Shown here: one piece after another, positions 1 through 8,505 of the stretch
Layout: each line of letters opens with the position of its first letter
Position numbering within the stretch: the first letter of the stretch is position 1
Origin: a virus
Taxonomy: Duplodnaviria; Caudoviricetes
IMG/VR virus record: IMGVR_UViG_3300017774_008538
Coordinates: 1 to 34,539 of that record
Direction: 5' to 3' (one strand)
Length of the DNA stretch: 34,539 bases
Translations under genes and position numbers: made by a program
The notes under the pieces: generated by a model
What the model was told of the DNA's origin: nothing
Seen by the model: the letters and a program-made list of their open reading frames with translations, nothing else
Databases searched by the model: none

Positions 1-83
1 GCCAAACTGGGTTTCTTTTTGTGTTCATCAACAATATCTTGTAAAAGAATATCCAAATCATTTTTATCCATATCATATTCCAC
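1..83 (-). CDS. hypothetical protein, 5' part only (MEYDMDKNDLDILLQDIVDEHKKKPSL...), runs off the window
   Basis: Open frame read by hand from GTG at 83 (or ATG at 71), 11 nt downstream of the ArdC-like stop; not in the ORF track. Confidence 0.45.
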   Translation of the reverse strand, partial: MEYDMDKNDLDILLQDIVDEHKKKPSL

Positions 84-94
84 GTTAATATTTT

Positions 95-1264
95 TCATAT
101 AGTTTTATCAGCACTTTCTACATAGTTATTTATGTATTCTATCAGTGTTTTAGCAGTATCTTTGATCACATTAAAATTACGAGAAATGTGATCAGCATCA
201 ATCTGCCAAAGAGCCAAATATTTTTCGCTATGACCAACTGGAAGGTTATATTCACTAAGAACAGAGTGAGCAACACCTTCTGCTTGCAACTCTTTAATTT
301 TTGATTCTGGATTTTTTTCACGATCTTTTTGATGCAACATTTCGTGAGCCACTTCATGGATTAATGTGCCCAAGTTTTCTCCAACCAATTCAATAGTTCC
401 ACCTTTGCTAACTCCTCGGGCTCCTCCCAATTCATCTTCGGATTTTATATCAATCTTTATATTGTTTTCACTTGCATATTGTTTTACGGCATCGAAAATA
501 ACACGCATACGCTCATCCAAAGGAGTGTCATCAAACCAGTTAAGATCTTCAGGCATGCTCTTTTCCATTCCTGGAATTCCTTCTGTCTGAGATATGTCAA
601 AAACTGGAACCAAACGAAAACGAGTTACTTTCTGCACTTCTCCTGCTGTAGGATCTTGACCCACTCCTGTATTCTCTCCTTTTTGTTTAAACTGCATAGG
701 TGCATAAATCATAATGGCTTTTTCCCCTGCTTTGATTTTTCTTCCAAATTGTTTATACCACATGTTTTTTCCTCCAACTTTGGTGGAATTTCTTCTTTGC
801 AAGAAGATTAGAATCTGATTGCTGAACGAATAGTTGCGAAATCTTTTCTTAAATTCGTTATATTCCTTATATTCTTTACTATTGACCACATTTGCAACTC
901 CCGATTTTAATAAATCTACAAATTTATTGAGACGATCTTCCAAGTTTTCTCCACTAAATTCTGCAACACTTGTATCCAAATCTGTGGATTTGTTGAATGT
1001 GTTTAGTTTGCTTATTGTATTCTTAACAAAATCGGTTGCTTGAGTTTCGTCCAAAGCACCACTTTCCCACCGACGTTCCAACCCATTCCATCGCAATCCC
1101 AAGCTTTTGATAAAATCCTTGTTTTTGAACGTCTCGTTTCCCGATTCTTTAGCATCTGTAGCATCACTAGCAATTAAAAAAATAGTTTTGCCTTCAGGAG
1201 CAGGTCTTTTTTTCAAAATAAGCTTTTCGTTTAAAATAGTTTTTATATTTTTAAAGCTCAACAT
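95..1264 (-). CDS. ArdC-like protein: N-terminal ssDNA-binding (DUF1738-type) domain plus zincin-like metallopeptidase domain
   Basis: Motifs FRNYSFSNQILIFLQ, W...GRKIKAGEKAI.IYAP, FRLVPVFDISQTEG and HEVAH (HExxH)...ELQAE; start moved to ATG 1264 (MLSFKNIK) because the longer frame overlaps the divergent gene at 1282. Confidence 0.85.
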   Translation of the reverse strand: MLSFKNIKTILNEKLILKKRPAPEGKTIFLIASDATDAKESGNETFKNKDFIKSLGLRWNGLERRWESGALDETQATDFVKNTISKLNTFNKSTDLDTSVAEFSGENLEDRLNKFVDLLKSGVANVVNSKEYKEYNEFKKRFRNYSFSNQILIFLQRRNSTKVGGKNMWYKQFGRKIKAGEKAIMIYAPMQFKQKGENTGVGQDPTAGEVQKVTRFRLVPVFDISQTEGIPGMEKSMPEDLNWFDDTPLDERMRVIFDAVKQYASENNIKIDIKSEDELGGARGVSKGGTIELVGENLGTLIHEVAHEMLHQKDREKNPESKIKELQAEGVAHSVLSEYNLPVGHSEKYLALWQIDADHISRNFNVIKDTAKTLIEYINNYVESADKTI

Positions 1265-1270
1265 ATGTAC

Positions 1271-1280
1271 TAAATACTTA
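1271..1280. promoter_or_regulatory. overlapping divergent late-type boxes: TAAATA (+, 1271-1276) and TAAGTA (-, 1280-1275)
   Basis: TAAATA lies 5 nt before ATG 1282; the variant on the - strand lies 10 nt before ATG 1264. Confidence 0.55.
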
Positions 1281-1281
1281 T

Positions 1282-1503
1282 ATGGGACTAAGCAACGATA
1301 TGCGGGAATTGGGTGATCTTTATTGTGAAAATCTAGGTCTTGGACCTCAAGCCAACAGCAATTTGACTCCATCTCCCAGCATACCCACTGCAGTTACACA
1401 GGATCCTGAGAAGATTTTGGGTGAATGTATTGCGTTTCTAAACACACTGCAGGGATCTCACCGCAAAGCAGCTGTTTTGAAGATTTTAGAAACTATGCTT
1501 TGA
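1282..1503 (+). CDS. small hypothetical late protein
   Basis: 73-aa ORF immediately after a TAAATA box; fills the gap between opposite-strand genes. Confidence 0.65.
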   Translation: MGLSNDMRELGDLYCENLGLGPQANSNLTPSPSIPTAVTQDPEKILGECIAFLNTLQGSHRKAAVLKILETML

Positions 1504-1960
1504 TTCGGTAGAAACAGATACGAAGGGTATGTGAATTGTGGGTATGTATGCATCCTTGAAAAGTTTCTAATTTTTTATTCTTTCGCAAAATCTGAATGAC
1601 TTTTCTTGCTCCAGCTTCTCCCATTTTAAAATGTCTAACCAGTTCCTGAAAGTTTTTCCATCCTTTACCTTTTGGTTTCACTTCTCTGCTTTTAGAGTAA
1701 ACTGCAAAAATTTGTTGCCAAGTTTTTTTGCCATTTATTCCATAGAAAATTTTTCTATGCAAAACATTAACAGTAGATAAATTTGCACCAACATATGTTT
1801 TGATCTTTTTATTAGCAATACCCCATTTTAAGAATCTATCCACACATTCTTTGCTCAATTTAAAATATATTCGAACATCTTCTCGTGTTTTCCAATTTCC
1901 CCGAGGAACGATCTCTTTTTTGAGAAGAAGTGCTTCTAGGTTTTTAGTCCATTCAGACAT
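1493..1960 (-). CDS. basic protein with two tandem winged-HTH-like repeats
   Basis: Two units: W..(P)RGNWKTREDV...G...RKIFY and W..KPKGKGWKNFQEL...FQG...RICFYR; paralogous to the upstream gene. Confidence 0.7.
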   Translation of the reverse strand: MSEWTKNLEALLLKKEIVPRGNWKTREDVRIYFKLSKECVDRFLKWGIANKKIKTYVGANLSTVNVLHRKIFYGINGKKTWQQIFAVYSKSREVKPKGKGWKNFQELVRHFKMGEAGARKVIQILRKNKKLETFQGCIHTHNSHTLRICFYRIKA

Positions 1961-2457
1961 AATTTATACCATATTCTGCGTTTCAGTTTTCCCGAACTAG
2001 GCTCCACCGCATATCCATCAAACATTTTTATGCGATTGGACGTTTTGTTTACACTAATAAGTTTTCTTATTTTAATAGGACTTAATCCTGTTTTATCCCG
2101 AAGTTCCCAAACAGTGTACCAATCTTTTTGTAAAGGTTTTCTTTCTAATTTTTTAGTATAAATTTTATTTATAAAATATGTATCCCAATTTCCCTTGATC
2201 AAACGATACCACACGCAACGAGTAAGACGACCTTTACTGGTTTGTGCTGTACCAGCAAACAGAACACAATCTTTTCGCGTATGAGTTTGATTTGTTATCT
2301 TTTGAACAGCACATTTTTTTAGATTGTACTTTTTACACATTTCTTCTCTGGTCATCCAACCAGTGCCTTCAGGTTTGGTTTCGTTCTGTTTTATTTCATT
2401 AAACATAAACGAAGACCAAATATCTTTGGACTTGTTTTTTAACTCATATTTCTTCAT
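1936..2457 (-). CDS. basic protein with two tandem winged-HTH-like repeats
   Basis: Units KPEGTGWMTREEM...FAG...GRLTRCVWYR and KPLQKDWYTVWEL...FDG...GKLKRRIWYK; ATG 2457 lies 6 nt after a perfect TATAAT. Confidence 0.75.
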   Translation of the reverse strand: MKKYELKNKSKDIWSSFMFNEIKQNETKPEGTGWMTREEMCKKYNLKKCAVQKITNQTHTRKDCVLFAGTAQTSKGRLTRCVWYRLIKGNWDTYFINKIYTKKLERKPLQKDWYTVWELRDKTGLSPIKIRKLISVNKTSNRIKMFDGYAVEPSSGKLKRRIWYKLCLNGLKT

Positions 2458-2463
2458 ATCTTG

Positions 2464-2490
2464 ATTATAAAGAAAAATGTCTATTGTCAA
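2464..2490 (-). promoter_or_regulatory. sigma70-like promoter TTGACA-N15-TATAAT, leaderless
   Basis: Both hexamers are perfect consensus; 15-nt spacer; 6 nt to ATG 2457. Confidence 0.75.
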
Positions 2491-3236
2491 CTATATGTTT
2501 TTATATTTGTAGGAACCGTAAACTTGCCATTGCGTCCAGTTGCTTGGTACACTTCATGGGTTCCATCATCGTGGATCAATCCGAAAGCAAAACCATGTTG
2601 CCACCTTATCCGGCGCATCTGGTTTCGATTATAACTAGGGCTGAGAGTGCTGAGACAACCTATATTCCACGATTCTCTGATATCCAAACTAACACTTCGA
2701 AAATAATCTATTGCATGTGTGTGACCAAAAAGACAATTGCCGTATGTATCTGCATGTTGTTTGCTTCCGTGAATGTTGTGACCATATCCATGAATAAATG
2801 AAAGAGAGCCACATTTGTAAACTCCTGATTTTGAATCATACGGATACATTTTAACTCGGTGTGTTTTTACCAAATCTTGGATTTCATTGGTTCCGTGTTC
2901 GGCATAGTCTCGTTTTAATCCGCTTGCTGCATTGGACAAAAGGTCAAAAATTCTCTCGTCATGATTTCCCCGCATAAAAACGCGTTCACTCCCAAACGAA
3001 AAAAACTTTTTAAAGAAATCTTCTCCTGCTTCATAATCGGCAGTCATGCTTTGAGATTGTTCGTATTCTGCGCTGGCATTTTTACGAATCGCCCGAAAAT
3101 CCCAGACATCTCCGATACACACTGTAAGATCGGGCTTATAATCTCGCATGAACTGATATAGACATTTTAGAGCTTGTGGATCTGATTCATCTCCGTGCAC
3201 GTCACCCGCAGCAACAAACTTAATTGGTTTAGCCAT
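2487..3236 (-). CDS. calcineurin-like metallophosphoesterase
   Basis: Complete motif set GDVHG, IGDVWD, GNHD, IHG, GHTH. Confidence 0.9.
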   Translation of the reverse strand: MAKPIKFVAAGDVHGDESDPQALKCLYQFMRDYKPDLTVCIGDVWDFRAIRKNASAEYEQSQSMTADYEAGEDFFKKFFSFGSERVFMRGNHDERIFDLLSNAASGLKRDYAEHGTNEIQDLVKTHRVKMYPYDSKSGVYKCGSLSFIHGYGHNIHGSKQHADTYGNCLFGHTHAIDYFRSVSLDIRESWNIGCLSTLSPSYNRNQMRRIRWQHGFAFGLIHDDGTHEVYQATGRNGKFTVPTNIKTYS

Positions 3237-3241
3237 AACTT

Positions 3242-3268
3242 ATATTACATGAAACCGAGTAATTTCAA
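3242..3268 (-). promoter_or_regulatory. sigma70-like promoter TTGAAA-N15-TAATAT
   Basis: Same geometry as 2464-2490; 5 nt to ATG 3236. Confidence 0.55.
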
Positions 3269-3576
3269 GTGGTTGTATCTGGTATATACTTGCGTAATAT
3301 TGGTAAAATATTATTTTCTAAATTGCTCATGGCATTATTTGCATCCACTTTCAAATTCAACATAACAGCCTTTTCTCGATCATCTAATTTGTCAATAAGA
3401 AGAGCTTTTCGCACCAAATCCACAAGATACTGAACACCTTGTGTATCCAGCTTGGTTTCTTGGGGAGTTTCTGCTTCTGAGGGTGTTTCAGGTTGCACTT
3501 GAGGATCATCCAACTCTGCGGGAGGTGCCTCATTTAAAAGAGCATAATTGGTTTTTAAAATATTATTAAATTTCAT
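3265..3576 (-). CDS. hypothetical late protein (possible internal head protein)
   Basis: 103 aa; ATGA-coupled to the upstream gene; N-terminus ends LLNE-A; Pro/Glu-rich linker. Confidence 0.7.
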   Translation of the reverse strand: MKFNNILKTNYALLNEAPPAELDDPQVQPETPSEAETPQETKLDTQGVQYLVDLVRKALLIDKLDDREKAVMLNLKVDANNAMSNLENNILPILRKYIPDTTT

Positions 3577-3986
3577 TTTACATTACTTAATTTTTTAGAC
3601 AAATCACCTATTTTGTTTGTAAAAGTTCCCACCAAATTTTTAACTGCCGTATCTATTTTCTTTTTATCTGCAGGATTCATTAATTTTTTTACAGTCTGCA
3701 AATCATCTTCCCCCATACTTCCACTTGTTTGTTGTGTAGACTCCTCATCCTCTCCCGATTCGTTGCCATGCTTGGTAATTTTTCCCATAGGATCTATTTT
3801 AATTTTTCCCTGCTTGCCATCCACATTGTAACTTACAACTGCACAATTTTTTTCGGTTCCTTCGTAGTTTCCTTTTTCAGATGAAACCATTTTATCCACT
3901 ACACTTTTTTGAATGTCCGTTAATTCGTGCTCTTTCACATCCAACTTGAGATACTCTTGTTCCAATAATTTGCAAAATTTAGACAT
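3573..3986 (-). CDS. hypothetical late protein
   Basis: 137 aa; TAAATA 7 nt upstream of ATG. Confidence 0.7.
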   Translation of the reverse strand: MSKFCKLLEQEYLKLDVKEHELTDIQKSVVDKMVSSEKGNYEGTEKNCAVVSYNVDGKQGKIKIDPMGKITKHGNESGEDEESTQQTSGSMGEDDLQTVKKLMNPADKKKIDTAVKNLVGTFTNKIGDLSKKLSNVK

Positions 3987-3993
3987 ACAAAGA

Positions 3994-3999
3994 TATTTA
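3994..3999 (-). promoter_or_regulatory. T4-type late promoter box TAAATA
   Basis: CTAAATA-N7-ATG. Confidence 0.6.
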
Positions 4000-4536
4000 G
4001 TCGAATTTCATCGTATAATTACGCTTTAAAGCAGTATTGGAGAGGTTATATTCAGTCAATACCGAATGTATGTCCTTCATACTGAAATTTTTAGAATTTT
4101 GCTTTTTAATCGAATTAATAATTTTACCCACTATCTTCTTGTAAAACATTTTGTCTCCCGATATCAATTTGGCAAAATCAGCAAAACTTCCTTCATATTC
4201 GATCACAGTAAAACTAAGGTATTTCTCAAACTTTTTGAGTATTTTTATGCAAACAGCATACAAATGTTCCTCTTCAAAGTGTTCAACAAGTTCCAGTTCT
4301 TGTATTGTTTTTTGTGAAACAATAAAAACCACATCTTCTTTTTGTCTTTTGATTACAAAATTAGAAAGAAGCAAATTGGCCAAATGATATGCCATTATGT
4401 TGCGAGCATCTTTGTTTTTATTCAGAGGTTTGGCAAGTAGATTCAGCTTGTGACAGGATGATAAAACCTTTTTTTCAATTTTATTTGAAAATGCATCCCA
4501 AAAATCAACAAAAATTACATTATCCTTCTTTTTCAT
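3997..4536 (-). CDS. hypothetical protein (weak PIN/5'-nuclease-like N-terminal pattern)
   Basis: Likely start MKKKDNVIFVDF at 4536, overlapping the GIY-YIG stop. Confidence 0.6.
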   Translation of the reverse strand: MKKKDNVIFVDFWDAFSNKIEKKVLSSCHKLNLLAKPLNKNKDARNIMAYHLANLLLSNFVIKRQKEDVVFIVSQKTIQELELVEHFEEEHLYAVCIKILKKFEKYLSFTVIEYEGSFADFAKLISGDKMFYKKIVGKIINSIKKQNSKNFSMKDIHSVLTEYNLSNTALKRNYTMKFD

Positions 4537-4945
4537 TTTTAATCCAATATTCTCGGGGCTTGCCGAGTCTGCAATTGATAATTCCATTATAATACCCAGA
4601 GCTTTTTATCACCTCCTTTTCAATTTGCAACTTTATCTCTTCATATCCCAATTCCCATTTGCTCTTACAAAACTGAAGTATTTCAAATGTGAAATTTTCT
4701 TTTCCAAATTTTACAATATCCTCTTGAAGTTCTCGACAAGATCCTGTGTAATCTTTCCAATCACTATCCACAAAGGATATTTTGCTGTTCTTTTTTCCTT
4801 TTAGTTTTTTCTTTTTTCGAAATTTAAATTGTTTTTTTCCGATATATTTTCTATTATTTTTTAAATTGACTATCAAATAAACAAATCCAAATGCATTTTC
4901 ATCAAATTGTGTTTTTTCACAAATCCAATGACCTGTATCATTCAT
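4520..4945 (-). CDS. GIY-YIG family endonuclease (catalytic domain only)
   Basis: GFVYLIVNLKNNRKYIGKK, Y.GS, F.FEIL, conserved E and YYN. Confidence 0.85.
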   Translation of the reverse strand: MNDTGHWICEKTQFDENAFGFVYLIVNLKNNRKYIGKKQFKFRKKKKLKGKKNSKISFVDSDWKDYTGSCRELQEDIVKFGKENFTFEILQFCKSKWELGYEEIKLQIEKEVIKSSGYYNGIINCRLGKPREYWIKNEKEG

Positions 4946-5169
4946 TTCAAATTTCTGCGTTGAATTAGTATTTTCTTTTTACGCTTGCCTTTTCTTTTTG
5001 TTCCAAATGCAAAAGGTATGCGAGCATCTCCTGGTGCGTATCTATCTCCACTAGAAATGGTTCCAGGAGGAGAAAATATGCCTTCTGCACTAGGTCCTGC
5101 ACCAAATGCACTGCTAGAAGTATTATCCTCTTGAAGCATTTTTTTGAATATATTTGAAAAAAGACCCAT
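4942..5169 (-). CDS. small late protein with basic C-terminus
   Basis: 75 aa after a perfect TATAAATA; N-terminus MGLFSNIFKKMLQE-D; YAPGDARIP motif. Confidence 0.75.
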   Translation of the reverse strand: MGLFSNIFKKMLQEDNTSSSAFGAGPSAEGIFSPPGTISSGDRYAPGDARIPFAFGTKRKGKRKKKILIQRRNLK

Positions 5170-5175
5170 AGTAAC

Positions 5176-5183
5176 TATTTATA
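5176..5183 (-). promoter_or_regulatory. T4 late promoter TATAAATA
   Basis: Perfect T4 gp55 consensus, 6 nt before ATG 5169. Confidence 0.8.
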
Positions 5184-5187
5184 TATA

Positions 5188-5580
5188 ATGGATCCTGAAA
5201 AACTACTAGAAGAGATAAAACAGTTTCTCCAGTTTGATGAAATCAATTTAAAAGAAAAACAATTGATGTTGCCCAGCATCAAGCATCGTTATGCCACCAT
5301 ATACATTCAAACAAAATTAGCCATCAGTAATTTGTTTTTAGAAAGGAAAAGAACGATCCGCAGTATTGTGGAAGAGATTAACAGAGAATCTGCTGTTCGT
5401 CTTTCAGTTCCTGCTGCAGAAAAACTAGCAGCAGATCATGTTGCAATCGCTGAAATAGATAACAAAATAAGAAATTCTGAAGTGGTTTTGGAAGTTTGTG
5501 AAAAATCTGAAAAGATTCTCAGTTCGGCTAGTTTTGATATCAAGAATCTTGTGGAATTGATCAAACTGGAGTCGAATTGA
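5188..5580 (+). CDS. uvsY: recombination mediator UvsY-like
   Basis: 130-aa helical protein ending FDIKNLVELIKLE; directly before uvsW-gp55-gp47-gp46, as in many T4-like phages. Confidence 0.7.
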   Translation: MDPEKLLEEIKQFLQFDEINLKEKQLMLPSIKHRYATIYIQTKLAISNLFLERKRTIRSIVEEINRESAVRLSVPAAEKLAADHVAIAEIDNKIRNSEVVLEVCEKSEKILSSASFDIKNLVELIKLESN

Positions 5581-6992
5581 ACCGAATTTATTTGGATAAG
5601 ACCGAACGTTTCGGTATGATCGAATCTCCCCATATTCGGATGATTCGAAATCATTTTTCTTGTGAGAATAAAAATGCCCGACATATGCGACGCAAGGGAT
5701 ACTTTGTCGCAGACAGGTTGTATGCCATAACACCTTCGGGACGATTTGATCTGGGTCTTTTCCTTTCCATATACAAATATATGACAGAGGTGCTTGGTCT
5801 GGATGATGTGGTGGTAGAATCTTCTGTATTGGCAAAGGCAAATCCCATTCAAGCCAAAATAGATGTGGAATATCTTGCATACGAACCTCGAGACTATCAA
5901 AAAGAAATGTGTGAGGCAGGTTTTCGATTTGGTCGAGGAATTTTTGAAGTGGCAACAGGAGGAGGTAAAACATATGCAATGGCAGTTATCTGTCACAATC
6001 TTATTAAAAATAAACTGGCTAAAAAGATTTTGGTAATTGAGCCTGATTTGGGGTTGGTTGATCAAGTTTATGATGAGTTTGCAAATAGCGGAGTAACAAA
6101 TCTAGTTAAAAAATATACAGGGGATGAAGAGTTTGATGGAGATTGTCAGATTGTGATTTGCAATATAGGTGTTTTAAATGCAAGAGGAACAGAGAAAATC
6201 TTAGATTGTGATGCAATTCTTATGGATGAAGCACACAAATATAAAAGAGGAAATAAGATTAATAAGATATTAGACAAATTGGATGCTCCAATTCGATTTG
6301 GTTTTACAGGTACACTTCCAGATGAAAGGGAAAACGTTTTGTGTATTGAAGGCAAGATAGGACCAGTAATTTACAAAAAAACATCTATTGAACTAAAAGA
6401 GTATCTTGCTCGGGCTATTTGTAATATTATTGAATTAAATTACGAAATTCAACCAGATTGGAAAGATGCAGACGATATGAAAAGATATCGACAAGAATAT
6501 GATTTTGTTACTAATCATCAATCCAGAAACAATATCATAAGCAAGCTGAGTTGTGGTTTGAAAAATAATACCTTGATACTAATAGATAGAATTCAACACG
6601 GTCACGATCTGTTGAACATACTATCCAGTACTTGTGAAGGAAAACAGGTATTCTTTATAAGAGGAGAGGTGGAAGTTGAAAGCAGAAATGAAACTCGCCA
6701 GATTATGGAAAGAGAAAATAACATTATTTGTGTAGCAATTTCTAGTATTTTTGCAACAGGAATCGATATTAAAAATCTTCACAATATAATCTTAGCTAAC
6801 GCTGGAAAAGCTAAAATTAGACTATTGCAAAGCATAGGTCGTGGGTTAAGATTACATCCTTCAAAACAAAAACTTATGCTTATAGATTTAGCCGATCAAC
6901 TTTATTATGGAAAAAAACACTTAGACAAGAGAATAGAGATATACAATCGTGAACAAATAGAAACTAAGACAACTCAATATAAAATAATATGA
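5577..6992 (+). CDS. uvsW: SF2 DNA helicase UvsW
   Basis: PRDYQ, ATGGGKT, DEAH, GFTGT, LQSIGRGLR; TTG start overlapping the uvsY stop. Confidence 0.92.
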   Translation: MNRIYLDKTERFGMIESPHIRMIRNHFSCENKNARHMRRKGYFVADRLYAITPSGRFDLGLFLSIYKYMTEVLGLDDVVVESSVLAKANPIQAKIDVEYLAYEPRDYQKEMCEAGFRFGRGIFEVATGGGKTYAMAVICHNLIKNKLAKKILVIEPDLGLVDQVYDEFANSGVTNLVKKYTGDEEFDGDCQIVICNIGVLNARGTEKILDCDAILMDEAHKYKRGNKINKILDKLDAPIRFGFTGTLPDERENVLCIEGKIGPVIYKKTSIELKEYLARAICNIIELNYEIQPDWKDADDMKRYRQEYDFVTNHQSRNNIISKLSCGLKNNTLILIDRIQHGHDLLNILSSTCEGKQVFFIRGEVEVESRNETRQIMERENNIICVAISSIFATGIDIKNLHNIILANAGKAKIRLLQSIGRGLRLHPSKQKLMLIDLADQLYYGKKHLDKRIEIYNREQIETKTTQYKII

Positions 6993-7498
6993 AAAAAAAA
7001 CCTATTTCCAATACCAATTCGTCAGAAAAACCCGAAAAAGAACCTGTGGCTAAAAAACTCACCAAGAAGGAAAAAAAAGAAAAGATTCATTATGTAAATG
7101 CCAAGGAATTTGAGGAAGGCATACGAACTTTTTATGCTGCAGGAACTCTTACAGAATATTTGGGAGAAAGTGTTAGTAAAATTGCAAATGGATTGAGTTA
7201 TGCTCCAAACTTCATGAACTATTCTTATCGGGACGAAATGGTTGGAGATGCAATTGTAAAAATGATCGCAGCATTAAAACATAAAAAGTTTAATTTAGAT
7301 TCAGGATACTCTCCGTTTAGTTACTTCACAACAATTGCTTTTCATGCATTCATCAATCGTATTAAAAAAGAGAAAAAGCATCATGAAACATTAGAGCAGT
7401 ATAAAGAAAAAGTATATACAGACAAAATGATGGAAGGCACCAGTCAAACTGGTGGACATGTATACATTGAACAAGACAATTATAATAGCGAAGATTGA
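6989..7498 (+). CDS. gp55: late-transcription sigma factor gp55
   Basis: HYVNAKEF, IANGLSYAPNFMNYSYRDEMVGDA, PFSYFTTIAFHAFINRIKKEKK. Confidence 0.92.
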   Translation: MKKKPISNTNSSEKPEKEPVAKKLTKKEKKEKIHYVNAKEFEEGIRTFYAAGTLTEYLGESVSKIANGLSYAPNFMNYSYRDEMVGDAIVKMIAALKHKKFNLDSGYSPFSYFTTIAFHAFINRIKKEKKHHETLEQYKEKVYTDKMMEGTSQTGGHVYIEQDNYNSED

Positions 7499-8505
7499 AA
7501 ACTTTACCCAAAAAAGCTCTTTTATTTGCAGATCTGCATTTGGGAGTCCATCAGAATAGTATTAGATGGCATCGATTGGCCTTGGAGTGGGCAGAGTGGG
7601 CAAAAGATATTGCTAAAAAAGAGGGTGCAGAGTCAATCATATGTTTGGGGGATTATTTTCATGATCGAGATCAAATTGATGTATCCACTCTAGATGTTGC
7701 TCGTAAAATTCTTAATATATTTTCAGATTTTAAGATTTATCTTATAACTGGTAATCACGACATATATTTTAAAGAAAAGAACGATGTCACGTCGTTACAC
7801 ATCTTTGAAGATTATCCTTATGTAAATGTCATAAACAAAACCACATTGTTTAAATTTGAAGACAAACAGATTAATATGGTTCCTTGGTCAGATTCGTCTG
7901 ATCCTAAGAATTTCGAGGGAGATGTGGTACTAACACACGCAGAGTTTAAGAATTTTAGAATGAATAACAGCAAGGTGTGTGAAGAGGGTGTGGATTTGAC
8001 ACAATATCAAACACAAAACAAACACATACTGGCAGGACATTTTCATATAAGCGATATCAAAACTTACGGAAAGCTTAAAGCTGGCTATTTGGGAAATCCG
8101 TTTCAACAGAGTTTTGCGGATATTAATAATAACAAATATGTTTATATTATAAATTTTGAAACAATGGAACTTCAGAGTTTTGAGAATGAATTTTCTCCTC
8201 GACACGAATTGCTCCGCTATTCCAAAGCAAATGAACCCAAACGTCAAGGTTCTATTGTTAGGATTATATTTGATGTGTCTGACAATACGGAAAAATACAC
8301 ATCATTCACCAGCCACATACAAGAAAACTACAAACCACACACACTTCTAACACAAACTGATTTTGAGCTACACTCGGAAGAGGCTAAAACTGCAGAAAAC
8401 ATATCATTTGATCAGATGCTTTCGGAATTTGTTGGGGGTATGGATATACAAAATAAAAAAGAAACACTAGAATATTGTACAAATTTATATAAAAGGTGCA
8501 TCTGA
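7495..8505 (+). CDS. gp47: recombination endonuclease subunit (Mre11/SbcD-like) gp47
   Basis: DLHLG, GDYFH, GNHD, GHFH, YLGNP; adjacent to gp46. Confidence 0.92.
   Translation: MKTLPKKALLFADLHLGVHQNSIRWHRLALEWAEWAKDIAKKEGAESIICLGDYFHDRDQIDVSTLDVARKILNIFSDFKIYLITGNHDIYFKEKNDVTSLHIFEDYPYVNVINKTTLFKFEDKQINMVPWSDSSDPKNFEGDVVLTHAEFKNFRMNNSKVCEEGVDLTQYQTQNKHILAGHFHISDIKTYGKLKAGYLGNPFQQSFADINNNKYVYIINFETMELQSFENEFSPRHELLRYSKANEPKRQGSIVRIIFDVSDNTEKYTSFTSHIQENYKPHTLLTQTDFELHSEEAKTAENISFDQMLSEFVGGMDIQNKKETLEYCTNLYKRCI

Noticed and set aside
1265-1372. N-terminal extensions in the ORF track (e.g. 1372, 2490, 4587, 14956, 19190, 23955, 32058 starts)
   Set aside because: They overlap neighbouring genes or promoter boxes; downstream starts fit the promoter-N5-7-start or overlap-coupling pattern better
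5425-6065. Long antisense ORFs (184 and 209 aa) over uvsY/uvsW
   Set aside because: Shadow frames of well-supported + strand genes; no motifs, atypical composition, no promoter box
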